A stretch of DNA of 63,498 nt, counting the filler, from Reticulomyxa filosa (Eukaryota; Protista; Foraminifera): NCBI GenBank assembly GCA_000512085.1. It is 15 parts of 15 records of this genome, joined end to end, with 100 filler letters (N's around TTAATTAATTAA, not from the genome) between each part and the next. Parts side by side here need not be neighbours in the genome. Positions count along the whole stretch, not along the records: positions 52,740 to 54,633 come from ASPP01007738.1; positions 54,734 to 56,780 come from ASPP01011052.1; positions 56,881 to 58,039 come from ASPP01033835.1; positions 58,140 to 59,180 come from ASPP01000416.1; positions 59,281 to 60,912 come from ASPP01035840.1; positions 61,013 to 62,398 come from ASPP01029242.1; positions 62,499 to 63,498 come from ASPP01047014.1; 8 more parts are not named here. One strand, written 5' to 3'. The position numbers were made by a program, and so were the translations under genes. The notes beneath the pieces are model-generated. The model was not told where the DNA came from, made no database searches, and worked only from the letters and a program-made list of their open reading frames with translations. Numbering within the stretch: the stretch's first letter is position 1; each line of letters opens with the position of its first letter. Shown in pieces: positions 53,430-63,498 of the stretch.

Positions 53430-54102
53430 GTATATGTATATATTGTCAAATATAAATATTCGAACCAGAACGCCAACCCAAACACGTGATAATATACCAG
53501 CGATTCATGGCCTTTGCGTCTTGTGACGTATTCGACATGATCTCGGTGCCAAGCTGCCTTGCTGTACTGTAGCCAAAGGTGGTGCAATTGGGCGGCAATG
53601 GCAAGTCGTTGAAAATTGTCTTTGGTATGTGACGCACACTGATGGTCTTGGACATGGAGAATAAATGATTGGCGCTTTGACATGTCTCCACTCCTCCGAT
53701 TGTGATCAACAGCGACACTTGATACGTTTCCAACACTTTCAACGCTGTCTCTGTCTCCTTTTCATTGCGCAGTTGCTCGTCACTTGTGTACAGTAAACTC
53801 CCTCCCTCCATATATCTCTTACCCACATTCTCCATTGTCAACTTTTTTATAAACGAAGGCAACTGTGTCTTTTCTATTCTTGTACATTTCTTCAATTCGC
53901 GGAAACCTCGCTCGATCCCCAAACATGTTATCCCATTGTTTACACACGTGTTCACTATCGATGCGATGCAGCTGTTTATTCCAGGTACCGACGAACCACC
54001 TACAATTATTCCACACACGTCCTCTTCTGGCCCCCAAGTCACTTTTGTGTCGTCTTCTTTGAGAGCCTCAAAAAAGTTTGGTCTTTCTGAAGTAAAACTC
54101 AT
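52740..54102 (-). CDS. Phosphofructokinase-fold (PPi-PFK-like) protein with degenerate catalytic motifs; 3' end truncated
   Basis: GIIVGGSSVPGINSCI, GGSLLYTS, LITIGGVET, HIPKTIFNDLPLP, TFGYSTAR, WYII.CLGWRS|GWLG, TLIPEQF. Confidence 0.85.
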
Positions 54103-54733
54103 TGTCAATTATTATTATTATTATTATTATCTTTATTTGTTTACTATTATTTTTGCGTCCCTTACCCCTTTTCAAAATGAACTTTTGTTTTGTCGCAAAA
54201 ACCAAGATAAGCTATTTCAACTAGAAACCAAAAATAATTGAACAACTGCTTTTTTGATACAAAGTAGTTCTTTTCAATTTATTTGTGGAAAAAAGCTGTT
54301 TAAGAAAAGTGGTCCAAGCAATTAAAATTAAAAATTGGTAACTAAGCAAGCCCAGGATAACAATTTACTAAATTTTTTTTGACCTCGACATACAGATATA
54401 TGGCAAAAAATTGGACAGTGTTTTCTCTACTATCTCAATGAAAGTGTTGGTTTGACAACAAGGAAAAGAAAGATTGACTACATCTAGTTTAGAGGGAGGG
54501 AAAAAGGGGACAAGCGTTAATCATCAAACGAACATGACATCCGAAAAGGTGAAGTAAATAGAGTGTATTTTTTGTTTTTATGGAGATGATAGAGTACTGA
54601 AGCGTATATTTGGTTTTTCTTTTTTTTTTTTTTNNNNNNNNNNNNNNNNNNNNNNNNNNNNNNNNNNNNNNNNNNNNTTAATTAATTAANNNNNNNNNNN
54701 NNNNNNNNNNNNNNNNNNNNNNNNNNNNNNNNN

Positions 54734-56723
54734 AAAAAAAATAAAAAAAAAAAAAAAAAAAAAAAAGGGGAAAAAAGTATACCAAAGGCTTAGATTGCGA
54801 ATGCAAGTGGTACAATCCCAAAAGCACTTCTCTCGCGATAAAGCGCAATTGATCGTGCGTTAAGGTTTCGACAAAGATTTGTTTGTGGCCCGACCTCTCC
54901 ATTTCTTCCGGTGTCGCGTTTAAAGCATCTTCGCGGGCTTTTGGAAAGCAGCTGTCATGAACGCTGGCCATGTCCATGTATTCAAGTGCAATGACAACCT
55001 CGTTGTTGTGCATGTCGCGATACCAGCCGTAAATCTTCATGAGTTGGGAACATTCGGGCAACACGTTAGTCTGCGCTTCGTATTCTTCCAGCAGCTGCTT
55101 CACTGTCAATTTGTCCAGTCGCGACGTTACTTTGGCAGCAATAATTTGGCATTGCGGCAGATACATCGCTTTGTACACGCGACCGCTGGCCCCTTTTCCA
55201 AATGGCTCGTCCCACATTTTCACATCGCCGGGGTTGATTGTCTGTTCTTTGCTGTATGTCTCGGTTGAGTATTGTGTCGATCGTCGACTATTCCCACATC
55301 AAACAATAATGGCACACGTTACGTATTTCTTTTTTATTGTTTCTTGGTAGGCACATTTATGTATTTTATTTAAATGTGACATAAGTGAAAGAAGCATCAT
55401 TCTTTTTTCTTTAAACAAGTTATCCTAACAGTCTCGCAGCAGCAGCAGCAGCAGCAGCATGAGATTGATTCTTCCATTGAATTGACGTGTAATTTTGCAA
55501 TGACGCCGTTGAGTGGGCATTTGAGGACGCGCTTTGCGTTGAGACTTGATTGGTCAGGGCGATTTGGATTTGGGTGGACACCTGCTGCTCCGCACGGTCC
55601 GTTTTGTGCACATCTGTACTAGTCGAGTTGACGTGTTCCAACGGCTTCAAAGCGCCGATGTGTATCGGCTTTATCTCTTTCTTCCTTGCTTCGACGTTCG
55701 TTCGACCGCCTCCGCAACAACACAAACAGCGCCACCAAGAAGAGGATGCCGAAGAGGATGAGGACACTGGGTTATCTTGCGCTTCCTTCAGCAGTTTTTG
55801 ATCTTCAAGTTGAGAGAACACACTTGTTTCATCACACAATTACCAAAAAAAAATATATATATACATATATGTATATATAATGAACATTGATCACATTGGA
55901 GAACATTAGTGTTTTTTTTTTTTTTTTTTTTTTTTTGCAAAGTAGGACCAAACTTGGATTCGGCTTTGTTGGGGGAACTCGGACTGGGAAGTCTTTCTCG
56001 ATTTTTATTGTCGCGATTTTGATTTGTCACTGTCTTTGGAGAAATCGTCTTTTCACTAAATTGAGTGGAAGAAACCCACGTGTTTTCGATATCAGTGATA
56101 ATAATATGATTCTTATCATTGTTATTGTTATTATTATTCTTATTATTATTGTTAATATTATTATTATTATTGTTATTGTTATTACTATTGTTATTATTGT
56201 TATTATTGTTATTATTGTTATTATTGTTTGGCTTATCATTGGTATTATGGTTCGTATTATGATCTAGTTCATCTCCTGACATATGTGGAGTTCCACTTTC
56301 CATCAATGTCAAAGTGGGTGGTTTGATCGTTTTTATAATGAGTCGTCCGTTGTTCCTTTCTTTTTGTTCGTCAACAGATGGTCGTCGTTTGGTTTGGTCA
56401 TTCGATTCCTCGTCTTCCTGGTGTTGGTGCAGACTGCTTTGCTTGTCCCAGCTCATTTCCGCCGAACCGGCGCTCGACACCCCTCCTCCGGACACAGACA
56501 TGGCGTCCAGTTTCGGAGGAGCCACTCCGGTCCCTTTGTTCTGGTGGACCAATGGACTTCCCCCTGACGATTGGCCGCTGTGGCTTTGCGAAGATGGGCC
56601 ATACGACGATGAATACGACTGCACCGTTATCATGCTGCCTTTGGCATGATGACCTTGGGACTCACCAAACACTCCACCACGACCAGCCACAAGTGCTTTC
56701 ATCATATCACACACATTTGTCAA
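54734..56723 (-). CDS. STE7/MAP2K-like protein kinase with a long low-complexity N-terminus; partial
   Basis: FGKGASGRVYKA, AAK, VVIALEYMDMASV, LRFIAREVLLGLYHLH. Upstream Ser/Asn-rich exons carry a CLCCC cluster. The catalytic loop is lost at the contig edge. Confidence 0.7.
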
Positions 56724-56743
56724 ATTAAGCTGCTACTTTCTCT

Positions 56744-56780
<37 letters not shown>

Positions 56781-56880
56781 NNNNNNNNNNNNNNNNNNNN
56801 NNNNNNNNNNNNNNNNNNNNNNNNTTAATTAATTAANNNNNNNNNNNNNNNNNNNNNNNNNNNNNNNNNNNNNNNNNNNN

Positions 56881-58039
56881 GCAGATTGGATCTGATTTTG
56901 CTAAGGATAGCTAACATCTTCAATGCATTATCATAAGTCAATACATAATGCTTGAGAATGTCTGTAGACAATTTATTTAAAATTCTTTCTTGTTCCTGTT
57001 TTGTGATCCCGATCGTTTCTTTCGAATTGGAATTTACATGCCATCTTGATTGATCAAATACAAAAATTTCTTACATAAAAAAAATTCAATTTTTCTTCGA
57101 CGGTTATATGATTGTCGAGTGAAGACACAAATCTTGGGCAATATCAATGACACATTCGGTTGTCTCGTGCTTATATTGGATGGAGTGATCAAAAATCAAT
57201 TTATTTTTCAGATGCAATGAATCGACCAATGCAAATTGCACATACAAATAATTGAAAAACATATCTTGTTGCAATAAACTGGAATCCATTACTTTAGAGA
57301 ACCACTTTTTCATAAAAGTTTTGCATTCTGATTGTGATAACTCGAGAATTTTATCAGGATCGTAATCTGGTCTTACCTCATTCGATTGGGGGGTCTCCCC
57401 AGATCCAATTTGTCCATTTCCTTGGCTTTTGCAATATATTTTTTATAATTGAGTAAAAGGCCGCTTGCAAATTATATATAAACATATATACATATATGTT
57501 AGCAATGATTCCAAACTTTAGATTATCGAAATAATACTCTTTCATCCATTTCAGACAATATTGAGCTTTTCTTTATATAAAAAGGGATTACTCGCTTTGT
57601 CGACAGAGATCAAGGGAAACTTAATTTCAGAAAATAGAGCGTACAAAACATTATGTGGAGTATCTTGCACATTATTAAATTTGGATGGTAGTTCGACGAT
57701 ATTTGAACTAACATGAAAGCTGGAGGAATGTGTATCAATGTGTTGCAAAAAAAACAATTGGAAAAAGAAATCATTGATGTTTAGATTAACGCAAGATGAG
57801 ATATCCAAGTGATAGATAATAATGTAATCCTGCTCAGAGTACTTTACATAATCTTGTTTGTCTTGTAATAGAGTGTACACAATTTGTTCCCAATCAATAT
57901 CACTGCTGTTAAATCGCACACAGATTTCTTCCACATGCTTTGTCGTGTTTTGACGGAGTGTTTCAGTGTCATGCTTGATTTTCCACGTTTTTCCTATGCC
58001 TACACTATTGGACTGATATAACTGAACAAGAGGTTTTTG
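56881..58039 (-). pseudogene. RNF213/mysterin-like dynein-related AAA+ fragment (frame-disrupted)
   Basis: Walker-A-like SNSVGIGKT, then IIYHLDISSCV...FFFQLFFLQHID...IVELP and FFNYLYVQF, recalling the RNF213 AAA region. At least one frameshift near 57570. Confidence 0.55.
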
Positions 58040-61000
58040 NNNNNNNNNNNNNNNNNNNNNNNNNNNNNNNNNNNNNNNNNNNNTTAATTAATTAANNNNN
58101 NNNNNNNNNNNNNNNNNNNNNNNNNNNNNNNNNNNNNNNATCAAAGCTTTAAGAGTAGCCAAGTTCGTACCAAGAGAATGATTTAATCGAAATAACTTTA
58201 TTGTTTTTCTTTTGATTATTTTTTGCATTGACATTTTTAGTCGTTGTAAGATTTTGTGTCTTTCTTTTATTTTGTGTTTCTTTTTTTAAGTACTGTGTTC
58301 TATTTCCTAGAACGAATGCTCTTTTAAATAGAAAGACCTGAGTTTGTGCAGGTATAGAGAGCAAAAAGAATTGCGATATGAAGCGATATAGTAGTCCAAC
58401 ACTTGACACGCCCCAACTGCAATCAATCTAAAAAAAGATTAGTTGCTGCTCATTACATCAATTGCAAAATGAACAAATAATGTCCGGAAATTTCCGGAAA
58501 ATATATGTGCTAATACTTTTCTGGACAATGCATTCTTAGTTTTCAATCCAATGAAATTGATCGCCAATGTTGCTGATTTAAGTTCTTTGGACTTGATTGG
58601 AATGACGACAATCGTTGACGCATTCGTACACAAGAATTGTCGTTAAATTTGTATGTTTTTCTTCCACAAGTTTTCAAATTTGATTTTATCAATTTTCTTC
58701 TTCGTTTTTTTGCATACTTGATATGTGTAATACATCTTGAAATGTTGAAAATTGATTTTTCACAATGTCATCCGTTAGACCACTATCTGGCTTCCTTCGT
58801 TTTATGGTGCAATTTGTGTCGACGTCCATATCATTCATTATTGGTTTCTGGTATCGGTCATATCCGATTCCATTTCCAATGCCACCATGTATACTAGCAT
58901 TTGATAGTTCACTAGTTGCAGACAGCAACTTAGTACAAGATACGCTTGGAGATTAAAATGAACTTCAACTCAAAGCGCACAAAACACTAGATGCTGAGCC
59001 GACGACTATAACCCCCCGAAAATGAATCGCAACAAAAAAAATGTAAGAAACAACACTCCACTCACAATGTTTGAAAATCCAACTACTATAAAAAAATGTT
59101 TACTAGTTAAAAATTTTCTTCAAAATTTCCTTCAAAATTTAAGAGATGTCGAAGTATCTTGACACTTCCAACCACAATCTNNNNNNNNNNNNNNNNNNNN
59201 NNNNNNNNNNNNNNNNNNNNNNNNTTAATTAATTAANNNNNNNNNNNNNNNNNNNNNNNNNNNNNNNNNNNNNNNNNNNNGAGTCTTGACAAAGCACTAA
59301 CCCCACTGGATTGGATATCATGCTATTGCTTCGTCATCACAAATTTGAATCAAGTGATATATCCTTTATTATTTATATATACGTGTACATATACAATTGT
59401 ACATGTACATATATACTATATGTAGTGATTGCAATATATTGATAATAAACAACATATTCAAACTGAGTTTTTGTCACCCAATTCTGGCCGAAAGTCTTCA
59501 CGGATACCATTGCTACTAGAAACGGAATGAGACTACGAAAATACATAAACAAATAAACAAAAGTTTGATAAATGTTGGATTCTACAGCAGGCAAGTTGTG
59601 CGAGGGCGCAACATGTGACAAACAGCAGTGTCTGCAGAATGCATGAGAACCATCGTGGCGGTAGTGGAAACGGGATATATATTACTAAGATCGGGTTGGT
59701 CAACGTATGTTAATATTTGCAAGATGGTTATTGGACTGATCGATATTCCAATCACTGCTATTTGTGTCGCACTGGGACGAATGGATTGAGTGTGTATGTC
59801 GTTTGTTTTCGCACGTGACATTTTGTCTACTTATTCTTCCTATCGTGTCCATCCTTAGCTAGTCAAACGACTCAACTCTTTCCTTTTTGCTGGATGTGTC
59901 AAGTCTATGTTCAGTGTCAGTATCTCTGTTGCTTAGTCCGTTTTATGTGTTGCTGTTAGCATTATCACTCCCAGACTGCTGTAACAGCTTTACTGTCTCA
60001 TTTCCTTTGGCCTATCATCCATTGCAAATATGTTCAATTGATATGTGTATGTAAATTGTATTAGGATAAGAAAAGATGAAGATTTGGAGGGCCAATGTTG
60101 CCAAAGTTGAGAATAACTTGAATGCAATAGGATCAAAGAAGTCACGGCCATTTGAATTGCTGTTGTCGATTTAGTTAGATAAAAACATATAGTGACATCG
60201 TCATACTTTCTTCGCAATACATGCCTCACAATTAATTGATGTTGCAACTGCACTTTTTGTTTAGGTTTGAGCTCGTGCTTGAGTTTTGGCTTTGGTCTTA
60301 ACTTTGGTTTTGGTCGCGTTTTTTGTCTATATTTTTTCTTCGGGCTATTCTTTATAATGTGGGACCAGTCGTTGTTGCTACATACTGATATGGCGTTGAC
60401 TACTTTCTATTTGAGTTGGTCTTTTTCTTTACGTAAGGACTTTGCCTGCTCGTTTTGTTGAGCTGTCGCATTTTGCAAACCAGATCGCCTGTCTTCAAAA
60501 CCGGCCGACGATATTTCGACGAAGAAGTATTCGATTGCAAACTTTCGCTGCTGTTTCTATCTTCGTCGTTGTCGCTTTCCTGGATTTCTTTGCCTTTTGT
60601 TTTTAGTTTGTCGTCTTTGGCGATATCGCTTGGCCGTGGCCTGTTATCGGTATTGATATTAGTATTGACGAAACGACAATGAGTTGTAATTCGCGACTGT
60701 CGACTTGATATCCGACATTTCACTCGAGTTCACCGTGGTTGCTTCACTATCTTCACTTTCCTTCGGCTTCGCGTGCAGTAATCACCATATCACTATTACT
60801 ACCAATACAAATGCTACTATCATTTGTATTGATAGTCTCAATATCGTTGGATTGCTTTTCATCCATTACATTATCCTGTTTTTTTTTGACACTTACTTCA
60901 TTTCCACTTACANNNNNNNNNNNNNNNNNNNNNNNNNNNNNNNNNNNNNNNNNNNNTTAATTAATTAANNNNNNNNNNNNNNNNNNNNNNNNNNNNNNNN

Positions 61001-61748
61001 NNNNNNNNNNNNTACTACTTTGGCTTCACTACACACTAATAGCATTAATGTACTCAAGTCTTTTTGACCACCTAAATCCCATATCGATATATCTACATCC
61101 ACGTTTTTTAAATGGATTGTCTTTTCCATAAAATTCACTCCCTATTGTGTTTTTTTTTTGTATTCACTCGTTTCAATTTATGTTTTTTAATGCAATATTA
61201 TGCTACTATTATATAAACTTACCAGAGTTTCTATGTAATCTTCGTCATATCGGTCCTCAATATACTTCACCATCAATTCTGTCCCTCCTATTTGTGGATC
61301 TCCTAAGAGACCCACTTTTATCATCTCTTTATTTGGCGTCTTCTTCTGGAGTAACGTCATTTGCTATATGTTCAATTTTCTAACAAGTTTTTTTTAAAAT
61401 TTAAAAAAACGCGCTGCACCCGGCCATTTAGAGGTTGATTGTTAGGATGGGATTACAATTTACAAATTCTCAAAGAATTAGTCGAAGAATATCCAGAACA
61501 AAAAAAGAAACACTCGAATTTTGTTTTCATTTAAAACATGACATAAATTAGGTTTATCATCTAAAGACTACTGCATTTACATTTGAACTTCTAATGCTTT
61601 GCAAATTTTAAAAAAGCAGTCCCTTTATTACAAACAATTTTTTTTAACATATTGTTTTTCAATTTTGTTTGAAATGAAAACAATAATAATAATATTTTTT
61701 TATGATCACAATTTTTTGTAAACATTAGAAACAAAAAAATAGCCAGAA

Positions 61749-62301
61749 TTAAGATGAAGAAAGCAAATGAATGGGAATTTTGCCGAAAGGATCGCGAAAG
61801 TGGACAATAGATTGAGATAGCTGAGCAAACTGCAAGCCCTCTTGCAGGTACTTGCATGTGTACAAGAGTATATGTGACAGACTAGCTAGAAGAAGAGCAG
61901 TGAACACAAAGCAAAGAGGGATAAATTGCCAAAGGGTCATTGCTTTCAAAAGTAAAGGTATCACAAAATGGAGCGAAGCGATTTCCCCACGTTGGAACGT
62001 GTTGACCGCAATATAGCAAATGCGCTTTGATACTTGGGAAAAGGACTTGACATAAAGAGTCAGTGACAACGATTGGAATCTGTTCGACTCCAAAGTCGTC
62101 GGATCGAAAGTGGGGACAAACAATAGAGTGAAACGAGTCCAGCACTTGATGCAGGTACATCAATACCTCAAACAATAAGTACTTTGGGACTTTGGAGTGT
62201 CCAAGTCGTACGTCAGTTGGACGGCCTGTATTATCTTCTTTATTCTCTTCATTCAATTGCATTGCTTGCAATAGCACTGAGCTGATTCTTTCTTCGGTCA
62301 T
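61749..62301 (-). CDS. Hypothetical coding fragment
   Basis: A GC-richer block bounded by intron-like AT tracts, with two overlapping open frames; no recognisable domain. Confidence 0.3.
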
Positions 62302-62596
62302 ATGTTTCTTTTTTTTTTTGGAATAATAATATATACACGTATACTTTTTTGTACATTTTTTTATTTAAAAAAAAAAATATATATATACAAATAATAATNN
62401 NNNNNNNNNNNNNNNNNNNNNNNNNNNNNNNNNNNNNNNNNNTTAATTAATTAANNNNNNNNNNNNNNNNNNNNNNNNNNNNNNNNNNNNNNNNNNNNGG
62501 GGGAATCCGTCATTTTTGAAAATCTGTAATAAAATATTATTAGTAGTATTATTTTATTATATAGTAAAAAACTTAAGGGGCATATAATCAAGAAGA

Positions 62597-63498
62597 ATGA
62601 CAGACGATGCAGCGGACAACGCGCAATCGTTTTGGGATAAGTTGACGGACAGCTGGACGCCGTTTAAGACATTGCTATCATTCGGAGATGGGAATTCGTT
62701 GATGCAGGGGAGGTATATGTTGAATAGTAACGATCCGACGGCATTTGCCTCGCTGAGCGTGGTGTACAAGGACGACGGTTCGATATCCCCGCACTTTAGC
62801 CGTTTTATAGGTTCGACAGGTTTTGTGGACGTGAGTACGGATGACTTCCAGACGTTGACAGATGCGTACCACCTGTGGGCAATAACACCAGAAGCGGCAT
62901 CGGTGTTGCAGTACATAATGAACCAGTTTCTGCCGGGGAAGAATTTCGAGTTTCAGTTTGGGACAGAGAAGCCGTTTTACTTCCGAGTGTTTTTGGCGCC
63001 GTACACGGAAGGGAAGTTGGTGGGATTTACGATAGTGTTGAGTGGGTTATTTAATTCGCTGGACCTGTTGAAGAAGTTTTTGCCAAAGGACCTGGCAGCA
63101 GAGTTGGATAAGTTGACAGGTCAATCGAGTGCAAATAGTGCAAATAGTGCAAATAGTGCAAATTCGGCTGCGAATGCAACTACAGGAACAACAACAACAG
63201 GAGGGACAACAACAACTCCTACTACAACTATTACTACCCCTTCAACAACAACAACAACAGCAACAGCAACAACAGGAACAACAACAACAACAACACCCAG
63301 TACCACAACCACCTCTCCCACCTCTCCCACAGGCTCAATAACATCGCAAGGGTCTCAACTGGCCTCTGGCATTCTCGCACAGTTCCCAATGCTATACAGT
63401 GTCAATCGCAATGTGAGCATTGGCGACCTCGAACGCATGGGCCTGTTCATCAGCCAAAAGTCAGACGGCGGACTCTTCCTCGCCTTCAACATCAAGAT
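62597..63498 (+). CDS. Unterminated 300-codon ORF with SAN repeats and a Thr-rich mucin-like linker (absent from the ORF track because it has no stop)
   Basis: MTDDAADNAQSFWDKLTDSW...KPFYFRVFLAPYTEGKLVGFTIVLSG...SANSANSANSANS...TTGTTTTGGTTTTP...GLFISQKSDGGLFLAFNIK, open to the end of the window. Confidence 0.75.
   Translation, partial: MTDDAADNAQSFWDKLTDSWTPFKTLLSFGDGNSLMQGRYMLNSNDPTAFASLSVVYKDDGSISPHFSRFIGSTGFVDVSTDDFQTLTDAYHLWAITPEAASVLQYIMNQFLPGKNFEFQFGTEKPFYFRVFLAPYTEGKLVGFTIVLSGLFNSLDLLKKFLPKDLAAELDKLTGQSSANSANSANSANSAANATTGTTTTGGTTTTPTTTITTPSTTTTTATATTGTTTTTTPSTTTTSPTSPTGSITSQGSQLASGILAQFPMLYSVNRNVSIGDLERMGLFISQKSDGGLFLAFNIK

Noticed and set aside
58140-60912. Short minus-strand ORFs on two small contigs
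   Set aside because: Low complexity, interrupted by stops, no identifiable domain; no call can be supported.

Overview
This window is AT-rich eukaryotic (protist) genomic DNA with short introns, not prokaryotic. It is a concatenation of 15 contig pieces joined by 14 artificial 100-bp linkers (N44-TTAATTAATTAA-N44, stops in all six frames). The expanded Kelch/WD40/TPR families carrying an 'IKLGWxxDFNKI' motif, the (TA)n and homopolymer-rich introns and an EWGWS-insertion enolase suggest a foraminiferan/rhizarian resembling Reticulomyxa; this is inference only. Recognisable spliced genes: syntaxin, a type-I membrane protein with a SAM tail, Kelch-WD40, a multi-ubiquitin-like protein, a PH-CaMK kinase, an E2-ubiquitin fusion, PTEN, NCKAP1/Nap1, a TPR/Kelch cluster, PP2C, a Cys-rich surface protein, PIMT, enolase, a cNMP-RGS protein, a catalytically degenerate PPi-PFK, a MAP2K-like kinase and an RNF213-like fragment. 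Mobile DNA comprises degraded CRE-like RLE non-LTR retrotransposons (one apparently nested in another) and Tc1/mariner relics. The most interesting observations are (1) a combinatorial Kelch/PB1-like/unknown-domain/TPR/WD40 family with a symmetric phase-0 linker exon, (2) the E2-ubiquitin fusion, (3) a nested retroelement whose removal restores a conserved motif, (4) a pseudo-PFK and (5) a cNMP-RGS fusion. Exon boundaries were read by eye and are approximate; no database searches were run.
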